Below are positions 23,301-36,589 of a stretch of 64,000 nt of DNA, one piece after another. Position numbers and translations under genes: made by a program. The notes under the pieces were generated by a model. That model did not search any database. It saw only the letters and a program-made list of their open reading frames with translations, and was not told where the DNA came from. The stretch's first letter is position 1. Each line of letters starts with the position of its first letter. Source of the DNA: Balanoglossus misakiensis (Eukaryota; Animalia; Hemichordata); contig CM082577.2 in assembly GCA_040954595.2 (NCBI GenBank), positions 16,871,903 through 16,935,902 of the forward strand. Reading direction: 5' to 3'.

Positions 23301-26300
23301 ATTATGTGCATGCGTAATTGTGGGGTCAATGAAAGGGATGCTAGTGTGGTATTTGTTGCAAATGGATCAATATGAAGTCTGATTTTCCTGTCAAGTTAGG
23401 CTGCATTCACAAACACTTCAGGAGGGGGGGCAGGAGAATTGAGGGGGGATTTGAAAAAAATTGAGGGTATGTAAGGGGGGGTTTGAAATAATTTAGGGAC
23501 TGAAAGGGGGGGACTTGAAAACTTTGACGACTAAATATTTATTTTGAGTCCACAAAAATGCAGTTTCGCGCCCTTTATTTTACAAAATTTTCTAATGGGG
23601 AGGGGGACACCCCCTCCCACACCCACCCCCTCCATTCATCAACACCTTTCAATCTTTGATTGGTTTATCTAGTGTCCCAGGTCAGGGGACTTGCCCCAAC
23701 CCCATGATAACTCTGAGCGTCGACGGTTAAATTTGTCCTCCCCAACATACCGGTAGTTGAGTTAATTTGCCTTTGCCGGGTTCATTAAAATGCAGCTTTG
23801 AGCTCTGTATTTTATAAAATTTTCTTACGTGCACCCCCTCCCAAACCCACCCCCTTCAATTCTCGGTTTACAATGTCTCCCAACACAGGATACAAATACT
23901 TATAAAATGGGAGCGCTGTTTTTCTTTTTTTACAAGATAGATACTAGGTGATGTGTTTTGCTCTGTGAAAGAAAAATGGGGAGGGGGGGATTTCAAAATT
24001 TTGGCAGTTCGGAAGGGGGGGATTTGAAATTTTTCGGGTTGTGTACGGGGGGCATGTGAAAATTAGCGGTAAAAAAAATTGAATTCTCCCGCCCTCCCCC
24101 CCCCTCAAGAGGTGTTTGTGAATGCAGCCTTATGGGCGATCTTATGTGACATTTCACCTACTTTTGCTTAGTGAGCATCCACAGCAGATGCATGCAGTTT
24201 TGGCGCGGGGGGGGGGGGCATATACGGATGGGATCATAAAGATATACCAAAGGCGGGGTCACCTGTTGCACCTGCCTAAGTCATTGATTTTGTACATTTA
24301 ATTGGACACTAACCAACAGGGCAATAGGTGTGGTTTTTGTTCCACAGGGACGAATGTAAGTGTCAGTTTGTTTTTGCCCAAATGTATAAGTTGATTTGGA
24401 TGACCTCTGTCGTACAGTGCCATATCTCAGCCCGTTGTACAAGTGCAGCTTTGGTATTCGGAGCGAAACTATCATGAAATGCCAAATACAGGCGGATACC
24501 TGCGACACCTGCTTGATTCATGTATTACGTACATACCTAATGGTAGGCAAAGTGAAAGGGCTGCAAATGTAGGATTTGTTGCACATGACATAAACAGGAA
24601 TGAACATTTTTTGTCAAATTTTTGGGTGACATCAGGTGTCCATTGACCTGCTTTCCATATGTTAGCATGCACATCATGTATAGCCAGGTGTTTGGAGGGG
24701 TCGGGTAGGACCCTCTGCGTCATGAAATGCTAAATTTTAGGGGCTACCTGTAACTTACTTGCGTAACTCATTATTATGGCCATATCTAATTTGACAAACC
24801 CAAACAGCGAGGATTTTCCGTTGTCTTGAATATGAACCAAATAAGAATCCTAATTTTTGGCCCAATTTTTGGATACCCTCAGCTGACCTTTGAAGTAATT
24901 GAAGTACTTACAACGTAGAAGTTCACCTTTGATTGTTGTCTTTGTACTTGTAAGACATCCATTTCGGGTGGTTGCCTACTTCCCCATATCTCCACATCCA
25001 GAGCAAATACAGCCTACGCATTTGAATGGTACAACCCTGAATGGAGTCTAATGGTTATTAACTCTATGCTTGGGCCCCTTCAACGCTGCTTGCAGCTTTA
25101 ATTTCATTCTATCATTGCCTCTTGACACCGATGCAGAATCATGTGTGCAAACATACTTCAAATAATTCTGATCTCAATTTTTATTGCAAAGGACGGAACA
25201 TTCCTGATATTAAGGGGTATAACATGAACGGGTTTGAACCCACATAAAGCGATAATATCGTGGTATTACACCATTCTATGGATAATATGCGTTGTGTATT
25301 AATAAAGTCATGACATTGAACCTTATATGCATGGTACGTGGATACACAAAATACAATATTTTGTCTCTGACAGATGACGGATACATTGGTTGCTATGGTA
25401 GACTTCAAGACAAACAAATACCCGGATTTGAAGTCATGGATGACAGTTCAATGACAATTCAGGCATGCTTAGATTATTGCCGCGATACAGGTAAACCGTA
25501 TGCCGGACTGACTAGAGCTACAAGCTGTTATTGCGGAAATGACGTCGCATTTTGGGGTAGTGATGAATCATGGGATGCCTGTACAACAAGGTGTGGTGGT
25601 GATGTGAACCAAGCGTGTGGAGGACACCACCATGTGTCAGTTTATTCAAGTATGTACCGATGCAGTGTATTTCTTAATATGCTGACTGTATATATTATGG
25701 TGGACATATAAACACTTCACCGTCAAATAAGCAACCCTATTTCACCAACAATCTGCCATGTGTACACATGTATATTCAATTTCAAGGCGTGTGTAGTATA
25801 TCTCCAAGACACCATATAGGGTGCGGCTTTGGATACAGTGTAATGATACAATTGACACCATCGCAAACAATGTGTTTACACCATGGCAAAAATGCGTCGT
25901 TAATTTTTATCACTTTTTTATTTAACGTTACTTTTCCAAGTAAACATCATGTATTGGTTGGTTGGGTCTCCATGAACAGTGGTGTGTTCATAAACAGAAA
26001 AGTCGCATAGGGACTTCTTTTCTTTCCATTTCAGCTGGCGTTGGTGCCTGTGGTGGCAACATTAATATTACCAAACCATGGACAGTCTACTCGCCAGGTT
26101 TCCCCGGCAACGTTTCGCGCCATACTGACTGCACCTGGAATATCGACGCCCTGCAAGACATGTCATTGAAGTTAGAGTTTATTCTTTGGGACGATTCAGA
26201 AACACCGGATTTATTACGGATTGAAGAAGACTTCCTGGGTCGCCGTCGGGAGTTAGAGTTTACTGGGTCGGTTGTGACGTCATGCTCAAGCGGAATTGTG

Positions 26301-29300
26301 ATCCAGATGCGCAGCGGTGTAAACACTGCGAGAGCATTCACCATTGAGGTTACAGGTATATATTTGTTTTCGTACTCAGAAAGTCTTGATTGGTCTATTA
26401 TTCGTGATGCTTTTATACAATTTTCAATCACAGGTTATGTAATATTAACCTCGGCGTTGCTTCTGTAGCAGTTAGGTTTGACCAACAGGCAGGAACCAAG
26501 ACATGTTATCTTATATGTTGTCTTTGTAATTACACTATGTTCCCTTCTTGTCTTTAAAGCGCCATTTTGCCGGATGCCATTAAATCCAGATTTGACAAGG
26601 CATTTTGACATTCACTTCAGTTGCCCTTTTTCCGTCGGCGACAACATTTCCATCAGCTGTCACACTGGTTACTCGCTGGCCTCCCTACACAGCACCATAG
26701 TATGCCAAGAAGGTGGATTATGGAACGATACAATTCCTTATTGCGAAGGTGACAATTATTTGTTACATTGTTTTCATTAATGGTACAAATTTACTCACGG
26801 TTCCCAAAGAAGATTGACATCTATGTGATCAGAGATTTTCGTGGGGAAGCCACGCAAAAAAAGTTCGCCACCAAACGGTCATTCGAAGACAATGACACGC
26901 CCATTTAACCATTTAATACAGACATCAAGTAATTGGTGGGAAGAATATAAACATGTTCTGGTTAAATTATTGTTTCTGATATAATGACACTAAAATAGTA
27001 TATTTTAATAGTAATAGAGTGCGATGCACCAGGAAATGTGGACAACGCATACATGGAAGGCGCATCTTTCCATTATCAGAGTTGGGTGAAATACATATGC
27101 CATGTAGGATTCACTGGTGGCGGCGAGATATCATGCACCGCGTCAGGTGTGTGGACCAAACAACCATTGTGTAGCCCAATAGGTAAGGGAGACTATAAAT
27201 GATTGAAATGTTCTTGTTTATATGAACAGCAGTAACAAAGAAAGTGAAAGATGAAATTTCACGAGGTGACCTAGTCGCATGGAGTAATTGTTATTAAAAT
27301 GTAACAATTCATTACATATCTCTGTTTTCATTGTGTATGTTAGAATGGACAGATATGCCATAAAGCAGTGGTAAACGCACTCTAAATACTTAACAACATA
27401 AAAATAGTGGATATAATATTACATGAAACATATGAAGTGATCATGTATTGCTTTTAAGACTGTGGTAACCCTGGTACTGTGGAGAATGCAGACAAGGAAG
27501 GTGGCAAATACACATACAACCATACAGTTTATTATCATTGTCATCAAGGTTACTATGGGAACCAAAGCATGGAGATAACATGCCAAGAAAATGCAACCTG
27601 GACAGACAAGCCAGGATGTGCCAAGATCAGTAAGTCTGTATTAATTTATTGTCAAGAAAATACAATATTCGTGGCAATATTCCTCTTCTAGAGAATCCAA
27701 AAATATATTGCCACCATCTATGGTTTTTATCATATCAAAACATAACATGGTGTTCAGAGATTTCAAATACCAGTTTACTGATGTCGGTTTCTTGGCTTGT
27801 CAAAGAAACATTCAACTCAGTCTATGATTTTAGCGCCTCGCAAAAATTCTGATTTTCTCTGTAAAAATGTTTAGTAACAATTCGTTTCAATTGTTAATAG
27901 ATTTTAGAAGTAATGATATCAATGCCAAGTATCTAATAGTGTTACAATATTATTGGTAATTGCTTCATAATAACTTTAGGTTATTCATCGTAACATTATA
28001 TTATAGATTGTGGAGATCCTGGCCTTGTTGAGAATGCAGAAAACGTAGGCGGCATATATGCTTTCAATGACAGTGTTACCTACAATTGCCATGAGGGATA
28101 TTTTATTAATGGAAGTAGCATGATAACCTGTTTGGAAAACTCGTCCTGGACAGAAAAACCAACGTGTATTTGGAATGGTACATCATTCTATTAACTCTCC
28201 AGGTTATAACTATGTCCATTACACCAACCTATGTTTCTTCAATACGTTTATTAGACACACGCAGAAATATACATAAACGAATGTGTTGTATTAAATTAAT
28301 TATACCGCACTGCCCAAAATCAATTATGTAACATGTAAAACGAAGCAGATGTAGATGTTCACGTTTGATACTATTTAGATGTCATTTCAGCCACAGGACA
28401 AGATATCACAGTTCGAGAAAGCAATGGAAGGAAACGTACAGTTAACATTGGTAAGTTTTTTTCTGTCGCGGCGTACAGCGATGAACTTTCGAATGAAAGT
28501 GTTAACTGGTACTTAAATGGTACTTAAAGTATAACCTTGGTTTAATACACCGAAGGAAAATAGTAAGGATGCATGATGTTTAAAGCCAGCCTTCTTGTAT
28601 GGTACTTTTAGGTCTCATAGCTGGAATATGTTGCGGTGTGTTGACCAAAATCGCGATCATTATTGTGTTGTCCATCGTAATCCGCAGGAGGTAAGTATGT
28701 TACCGTTAATATAAACATAAATCTGCATAACATGTATCAAACTAATGCGAAATACATTATCTCCGTTTCATTTCCCCCCAAAAGGCTAGCATGATTCAGA
28801 TAAGAAAATAAATCATGTGATATACCAGGCGGTGATAATTTGTAATACCTGGCAGTCCTGTGGATCCGTGTTTGGTATAGCCACAAGTTGATGAACAAGT
28901 GCAGTTTGAACACGTGTTAATATATTTTTGATGAAAGGTACTTAACGTCTATCTGTCAATTGAATCTGCGAACCTGTTGCAAAGTGAGCGTAGAATTGTT
29001 ATGCAATGAACGTCCAATTTCAACATATCCCGTTTCCTGTTTCAGACAACTCCAAAAGAAGAGAAGTTCGACAGATACATCTTTCAATAAACATCATTAT
29101 AACAGTTCCGACGATGAAACAGTGGTGAAGGACGACAGCAAGCGGCGGAAAACTGGAGCTACTACAATTCTGACCAATGCGGTGGAAATGAAGAAGGCTC
29201 CGTGTGGAAGGAATGTGTCCACTTCAAGCACAGTGACAACTGACTGTGACGACGGAGGTTTTTCAGGAATGGTGGAAAACATCGCTTATGAATCATATGA

Positions 29301-29628
29301 CGACATCAGCAAAACAGAAAATACAAACAGGTGTGGAGTCAATCATCCAAGGGCAGGGTGGCATCGCGGATACAGACCTGGCAGTAAATTTATGTACTGT
29401 CAAAGCGGAAATACTATCCTTAATTATGGAAATGACGCATTTGGAATGGTTGACAACGTGTTGTACGAATCTGTTGATGGAAGTGACGATGGTGATGATG
29501 TGTATGCCGAAATTGATGATTTAGTGCTCAGAGACGACAACACGAGAAGCACCGAAAACATTCCTTGTGAATCTCAAACAGAGAATACATCAGCCGAAGT
29601 GTTATATTACGTATTAGAGGGACCTTAA
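20365..29628 (+). CDS. Multi-exon type I membrane receptor: SRCR-WSC-CUB-4x Sushi-TM-Tyr-motif tail; 5' exon(s) not resolved
   Basis: Phase-compatible GT-AG exons: 20365-20511 and 21722-21889 (SRCR, VRLVNGANKYEGRVEV), 25374-25649 (WSC), 26035-26355 (CUB), 26560-26748, 27012-27182, 27459-27629 and 28007-28177 (Sushi), 28379-28450, 28612-28690 (TM), 29046-29628 (tail). A possible upstream exon lies at 19999-20069. Confidence 0.88.
21511..21630. repeat. 120-bp GC-rich imperfect hairpin
   Basis: CTTTACGGCCCTGATACGGGTTTTGCGGCCC...GGGCCGCAAAACCCGTATCAGGGCCGTAAAG. Confidence 0.9.
23205..25100. repeat. Dispersed repeat related to 11559-12000 (reverse orientation), interrupted by a MITE; boundaries approximate
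   Basis: GGGGGTCACCTGTGACACCTGC at 23271 is the reverse complement of 11725-11746. Variants recur near 24255 and 24745. It ends in the short palindrome GCTGCTTGCAGC. Confidence 0.55.
23399..24129. mobile_element. MITE with TTA TSD (PIF/Harbinger/Tourist-like)
   Basis: 18-bp TIR GGCTGCATTCACAAACAC with TTA on both sides and G-rich subterminal runs. The interior resembles 22500-22940. Confidence 0.85.
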
Positions 29629-30627
29629 TTTTGTAATAATATTACATTTAAAACAACATAACTTCTCACACAGTTTTGTTAATAATCTAGATATAAACGA
29701 CGACTGAGAAAACAGTAATGCAAATGTTATTAGTGTTTATAACCATCATGCAAAGAGTAACATGTTTACAATCGTCTGATGTTGAAATGATACCGAGTAA
29801 AATAAGATTACGCTAAAAAAGTTATCTCAGTATGTTTTCCATCCATATATTGGTATATTTTAGTGAGGGACGTCCGTAACACTCATATGAGCCACGTCAT
29901 TATGTAAAACTTGTAAATAGAATTTATGGCTTATTTGGGACTCTTCCACTTTTATATAAAATGAGAGATCTCTGTTTTAAGCAATGTATATGTGACTATT
30001 CTCTAACAGGGAAAGGGTCTGGAGAAATAATATAACATCCATGAAAATAATCAATGCAATGTTTCCTTGACAACTGCGATGGCATATTGTGAGGCTGCTC
30101 TTCACAAGACGGCATCAACATTCTGCAGTATAAAGTTCAGTGCACGACAATGTTTTTTTCTGGATAGCAAAGAATACTGTAACGTCCTACTGAACATTTT
30201 CATCAGAATTGGCAAATCATTTTCAGTCTTTTCACGCTTTTCACGCTACGTCCCTCTGAATACATGGCGTGTATGACTCGAGGATGGAATAAAATGACTA
30301 ATTCATGCACTTGTCATGTATTATGTACATGTATAGTCAAAAATCAAATCAATTATCAAACTCAACATGTAGAAGAAAATGTGTTAGGTCATTTAAGAAC
30401 CACTGGCTGGGATAACATAGGAATCATTATCAATGCTCAGAAGATCAGTTAGCAGTGAAACCAATTGTTCAGTATTTGTCATTTTGCCTTAAAATCGCAT
30501 CATGTATTAACGACACGTAATAATGCTGAATCATAATGCTGAATAAATCAATACCTTTGACACTGACTAGGGTGGTGAACAGATTATTAATTATGGATTA
30601 GGGTTAGGGTTAGGCGTTTTGGGACAT

Positions 30628-31036
30628 TACACCCCGATTTGGACTAAACCGTTATCAGTGTCTAACAAGGGGCTGAAAACGGTTTAGTGCGAATCGACGT
30701 GTAGAAGCAGGATCTGAAAGTGTGCCCCAACGGTAATTTTTACAATATAGAAATAATGGACGACACCCTGACCATAAACGTTTGTGGTCATGGCGGAGTC
30801 GGTTATTTCCATTATATTACCAACAAACTCAAGAAAACCGTCAAAATTTACGAAAATGTCCCACTGGGGGCCCCTGAACTTGTGTTACGCAAAACGATGT
30901 ATTCACTGAACTTTTTGCTAATATTACTATTCAGATTTACGGGCATGTAAACAAACCATTACTGAGTATTTGTGGTCAGTAACGTCGTTCATCTCGACCA
31001 ATGAAAATGCGACTCACAGGCCATGGTAATATAATA
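30628..31036 (-). mobile_element. Degenerate hairpin-ended element
   Basis: Hairpin CGATTTGGACTAAACCGTTATCAG/CTGAAAACGGTTTAGTGCGAATCG at one end and a GACCAATG motif near the other. Confidence 0.5.
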
Positions 31037-32186
31037 GTAAACAATGCGTACCGGAACCCGTTAGGTTTTCGAAAGTTAGCCAAATGCAAATAAAACGAGA
31101 TTGCTTATTGGCTTAAATAAGCCACAGTTAGACCACTGAGATGCAGCTATATTCATGGGGAAAACTGTTTCGGGTGCTTCCACATCGTTTGAGGTGAGCT
31201 CTTGCTGACGAATCTCGCTAACTGTCACCATCTCGATCACGTGATTTAGCTAAGGATCGAAATTTTACCTGTGAAGCTGCAAATTGTGGCGTAATTTTTA
31301 AATTTAAAAAGTAGAAAAGTTAGCTCTTGCGGCGACGATTGATATAGAAAAAATGGCGACGTAGGCTCAGTCTGCGCTCATGTATTGCGTTTTGAATAAC
31401 GGCAGGTCAAATTCATATGAACTACGTATGAAAATGTTCGTATTTTCAGAAAGATTTTCAGTTTTCACACTTATCGTCACATGCATCATGTGACTACGGG
31501 TATCAACTTTGCAATTTATCCAGTAATTTTAAAAGTTGGTCAGTAATTTGGTGGTTTTAGCTGAAGAAATCGACCCCTCACAAAATGGATTGTTGTTGCC
31601 ATGGTGACCATTTCAATTTTTTACGTGCGCTGTTTGCTATTGTAATGGTGACATTTGTAAATAAAATAAAGTAGAATTTTTTCAAAATATAATCGATATT
31701 CCATATGTGAAATTATGCTTTTGTAGCTTACAAATTGGTAGATATTATTATTATTATTTGATTTTTCATATCTAGCTTGCAATAATATTACCTGTCGTGG
31801 CCAATATTGATGACAATGGTACGTATGAAACGGAACTGGCGATTCAACGTAGGGCAGTGGCAGATGAACAGAAAGAATATGTGGGCTGAGATACTAAGTT
31901 GTATGAAGTAAAATTTCAATGAAAGACACTGCAATATTTACCTTGTAGGCACCAAATGCAATGATTCCTTTGCTGGCAATGTGCATAAGATTCATGACAA
32001 CATTTTTCAGATGTTGGTCAACTTTGGTACATCATATTGAAGAAAATCCTGTTCTCTCAATTTCCTATTTGACTTAACATTTTCTTTCTTCACAGACAAT
32101 ATTTATGAATCATAGCTCAAAGCAATAGGCTAGAGGGCACACTGTTAGTTTAGCCATTGCAAACTTTTAGATTTTCCCAATGAAAT

Positions 32187-34380
32187 GTGTGTGTTTGTTG
32201 TCATACTCTTTACAAGGTAAATGAAGAACCTTCTATGAAGAAGGTGTGTACTGAGAGAGTGCAAGTATCTAGGAAAAGATTGCCAACACAACTGACAGAA
32301 GATGGTTGCATTGCTCTTTCTTCATCAAATATAAAGAAGAGACGACAGAAAACTGTTATGAAGCCCTATGCAGCCTGCATCGCTTGGACTTTTTGATGCT
32401 GTAACCAGTTCCTGTTCTGACAAAGAACTAACTGAATTATGTTCTGAATCAATTAAAGTAAAAGGACAAGTTATTCCAAAATAAGTAAAATATGAAGTCA
32501 TGCAATTCGAAAACAGCCATGAAAACATGACTAGGAGTGTTAAAACATTATATTCTCATGGTATTTTGAGTGCCAGAAAATACATTGCTATTAGACAGGC
32601 CCAGCGAAACACATATATCGGAGGCGGGCCAAAAAACAACAGCAATGTTTATGAAAAACTGTCCAGTGCCTAGTATTTTGCCATACAAAACTGTGAAGGA
32701 TTTTGTTAATAAAATAGATATTGGAGAGCTTCGAGATGTTTCTGAGTTGTGTGAAATGCTTGGTCTTGAGGATGATTCTATTGTTGATGGAAAGTATCGA
32801 CATTATGACTCAGCTGTTGTTAAACTGCCACATTTATATGTATTTCTAGCATCAAAAGGGTTTGTAAATATGCGGGATTTTTATGATGGAGATGTGTACA
32901 CATTCAAAGTTGCTATTGGGTGTGATAGAGCCCCATTTGGGAAACACAGTAATTCAATGTCCTGGTTGATCAGCTTTTTAAATATTGGAGAAAGAGTGGC
33001 GTCCCCGGATGATAATCGTCTTCTTTTCGGTGCTTCATGCACCGAAACCCATCCAGTGGTGGAAGCGTACATTAAAATATTGTTATGTGACATTGAGACG
33101 GTTGCAGACAAAACATATGTAATTAATGGGAAACCATGCAAGTTTGAAGTGGCTGCTGTTCCTTCAGATATGAAATTTCTTTGTTTCATTAGGGGTGAGT
33201 TGTCTAATGCAGGTAGGTATTTATCAACGTTTGCAAATGTATCATGAGAAACGAAAACGATCATGGGAGGAAAAATTGGGGAAACGTGACATAATAGGGG
33301 AATATAAAGACGAATTAAATGTTGCTGAAGAGGTGGCTAAGGAGAAAAACAAACTAAAGTCAAAAATATTGAAATAAACCACAGTGAGAAATAAAATTAC
33401 CAGCTTCATATCAACCTTAGGGTCTCGAAAAGCATTTCCACCATTGATTGGTGTACACATTGATAAGGCTAAGGCTGAAACACTCCATCTCAATAACAAT
33501 GCACGGGGTTATTTGTTTGAGGAAATGTTCACATATGCATTGGCATTGTCCGCAAGCGATATAAAGAAAGCAAATGATTTCGCTGATTTACCCAAAACTT
33601 CTATATTCAGCCAGTTTGTAAGGTGTTTATGGAAACCTATTAACAACAAACGTTTATGTAATAAAATTCTGAGATGGTTCCGTGGTGATCGGAAAAAATC
33701 TAAATATCACATATCAGTTTACAGGGGATGATGCAAGGAAACTTTCACAGAATTTCATATCATTGATTGTATGTTTTGATCCATTGAAGGCTATTGAGAA
33801 TCATCAGTTGAAAGTGCATGTGTTTGCATACATTGCACTTCAATTGCGAGAAGCACGCAGACTTTTCTGTAAAATCAATGTAACACAAGATGACTTGGAC
33901 AAACTCGAAATTCGTTGTACAAAGTATTTTAATGCCTGTGCTCTATTCCTTGGTCGTGTTACTCCAACTACGTGGACCATTGGTTATGCTGTTCCCCTAC
34001 ATGCCAGGGAAATGTATAGTGCATTTGATTTTGGTCTTGGAATTAATTCCTTGCAGGGCCGTGAGGCAAAGCATGAGCGTTTGAATCTTTATAGCGTAAC
34101 AACCAGTCCAAAAAATAAATGGATGCAAATTTTCCGGCATGAATTTGTGATTCTTATCTGGCTGCGATTTCTTAGTCCTGCTTCAGATAAATATAAACCT
34201 TCCAAACTTAAATATAAACCAAACCATGTCAATTATGAGGATCTCGATCGAATATTGCCAATGCGGTAATAAGAAAGAGTGCATGTGATATTGATATGTT
34301 CACACCCAATAAGAAAAGGTATAGAGGATAGTGTTTCCTCTCACAAAATCAGTGCTAAATTGAATGGATTTTTAAATTGA
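32187..34380 (+). pseudogene. Decayed DDE transposase-like gene with RAG1/Transib-core motif order
   Basis: Frameshifted ORFs 32187-32396, 32570-33247, 33384-33731 and 33682-34269 carry IGCDRAPF, PSDMKFL, AETLHLNNN, FTGDDARKL, TTWTIGYAVP and GINSLQGREAKH. Confidence 0.65.
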
Positions 34381-34773
34381 AGGGCATTGTCAACTGACAT
34401 AATGTTATAACAAATTCAAATTCAGATAAGAGACTCTGTGTATGTATTTTAAACTTGCTATTCAAAATTGCTAGTCAATTGAATATTGTTAATACTTTTT
34501 GTGTGTATACTAGAATTTTTCAGACATGTACATATTTTTCAAAAATGAAAGGGCGGTAAATTTCCAGAATATTTTCACTGGTTTTGAGACAAATCTTGGT
34601 TTCATCCATGAGATCTTGTGAAAAAGAAATGGTCAAAAGCTACTGCTACTATGGTTTTTATTGTTTGCATATTCCACAAACAATACTACACAATACATTC
34701 CGAAAATTGACACTCAGTTAATCTGGATAAATAAACTATGGTTGTAATGTAAGTGCACAAGTTGTATATTTCT

Positions 34774-35302
34774 GCAATAACCCCGCCGCAGGCGGGTATA
34801 CACGAGATTTGGGTACAATTCGAGAGGGTACAATTCGAGGAGCGAATTGTACCCAAATCGAGTGTATACCCGACTGAGGCGGGGTTATTGCTATTATATT
34901 ACATCAACTTACAATTGTTTTTGTTGCATATCATTGTCATTTTCTTACCGAAACGGCGTCAGAAAGAGAAATTACGATCGTGGACCAACATGGCAACGAT
35001 GGATGTAAACACGAGGGGCCGGGATCGAGCATTAAATATGAAGCAGACGACAAAAAGTGACAAGACGGGCATCGCGCGTTGCAAAGTGACACATATTTCC
35101 AGAGTGCAGTTTCAAAATAAAACGTTCGTTAATTCAACAGAATTTTAATTTTATTTATTTGCGACTGTGGTTTAATCGCACATTTTGCTGCCACATGCTG
35201 GTTCAGGGGCCCGTTTTAGCAGTGCTATATTGATTATTTTAGCATCGCTGGATTGAGCTCTCGTACAATCATAATGGTGGACGTTAGCATGATATAATAT
35301 AA
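34774..35302 (-). mobile_element. Hairpin-ended non-autonomous element, homologous to 61688-62257
   Basis: Terminal hairpin GCAATAACCCCGCC...GGCGGGGTTATTGC. The body is the diverged reverse complement of 61688-62110. Confidence 0.8.
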
Positions 35303-35692
35303 TATACAATTTTGTAATGTCATTGCATCAGTTAATAAATGATATGTCTTAAGGCTATGAACATACTATGTGAATACGTTCCATCTCATTTGCATAGCAT
35401 GGGTTCTTGCGTGATGCGCGCGATTTCGTCATAGTTCTCGCGTGATTCCAAAAATTGTATATTTGACATCGATATTTTTACTTCCAGGTTTACGAAGCTC
35501 TAAACAGTTTAGGGTCGGCGGGTTAAATTAGGGTAGGTCGGGTAATCGGAACAGCAAATATTTTTTTTATTTGGCCATATGATGAAAAATGAGCGTGGAT
35601 ATTATCCCGATTCCAAATAATTTAATCAATGAGATGGTGCTAACTGCAAAGTTGGAAATACAAAGCTAACTGCACACTGCAAACAATGCTGC

Positions 35693-36194
35693 TGTCATGT
35701 CTCCCAATTGTAGGTAGAACACGTTCTCGGGTGAGGGTGAGGGTGATTGATGAAGAGACGGGAACACGTGCGGAGTGTAGATTTAAACGCCGATGACTTT
35801 ATTTAGAAAGGCCAGCCGTGGACATACAGGACAAGCCTGCAGTTCCGGCAGGACCAGCGGAACGACCGCACTCCTAGAATTCTGGAACTGAACTCCCGTT
35901 TTTACTAAGATACAGAATCATTTTTATAACACATCAAACTGCCCGCGTGGGGTCTGTACAAAACACTATTGTTCTTCGCCCAAGCTGAGAACAAGACAAA
36001 GACATAATTTAACATTTACAATAATGATAGCCCAGGCTGAAGAATTATACAAAGACTCTACTTCACAGTTAGAATTCCGACAAAGGGACAAATGAAACTT
36101 GGAATGCGGGCTTCTGCATGGATGTAACTACATTTCCAAGGTGTGAACTCGCCCGCATGGTGTGCTGAGTTTCTCACGCTTTGGGTGTGTGACA
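35693..36194 (-). mobile_element. Candidate solo LTR
   Basis: TGTCA...TGACA ends with an imperfect inverted repeat. TATAAAA and AATAAA are correctly ordered on the minus strand. Flanks CTGC and CAGC match only imperfectly. Confidence 0.4.
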
Positions 36195-36407
36195 CAGCTA
36201 TGAACTGGGCTTGGCTTCCCTACTGGGATAAACAGTAACCCTTTCACTGCCAGAACAAAAACGTTTGTGATCTGAGGTAGAGTTGCTCTTGGTGGGTTTA
36301 TTGAGTTCGCATGGGAACGAATGGACTTATGTCTGTTGGTGAGGGAATCACTAAAAGGCTAGCTAACTGTTAATGCACATTATTTTCCACTTTTCCACAG
36401 ACGTTAA

Positions 36408-36589
36408 AGGTATACAGTCCCCTCCAATTTATATGCCCATATATGGCTGAAATGGCGTATTTGGGCATTCTAAAGAACATATGGTGGCGCCCTTTTTTCG
36501 CGTGTGCCACCCACTGAAAATCAGTGATTGGCTAGATCTCATTTTGCCATGGTAACTATAGCTAATTTTCAATGGGTGACCGTATACCT
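36408..36589. mobile_element. 182-bp MITE with TTAA TSD (Kolobok-like)
   Basis: TIR AGGTATAC(A/G)GTC flanked by TTAA on both sides. Confidence 0.8.

Noticed and set aside
30598-30614. TTAGGG repeats
   Set aside because: Fewer than three units; too short to call an interstitial telomere.
34753-35148. ORF sharing RDRALNMKQ.TKSDKTGI with ORF 61786-62010
   Set aside because: The similarity reflects two copies of a non-coding repeat; the frames differ outside this patch.
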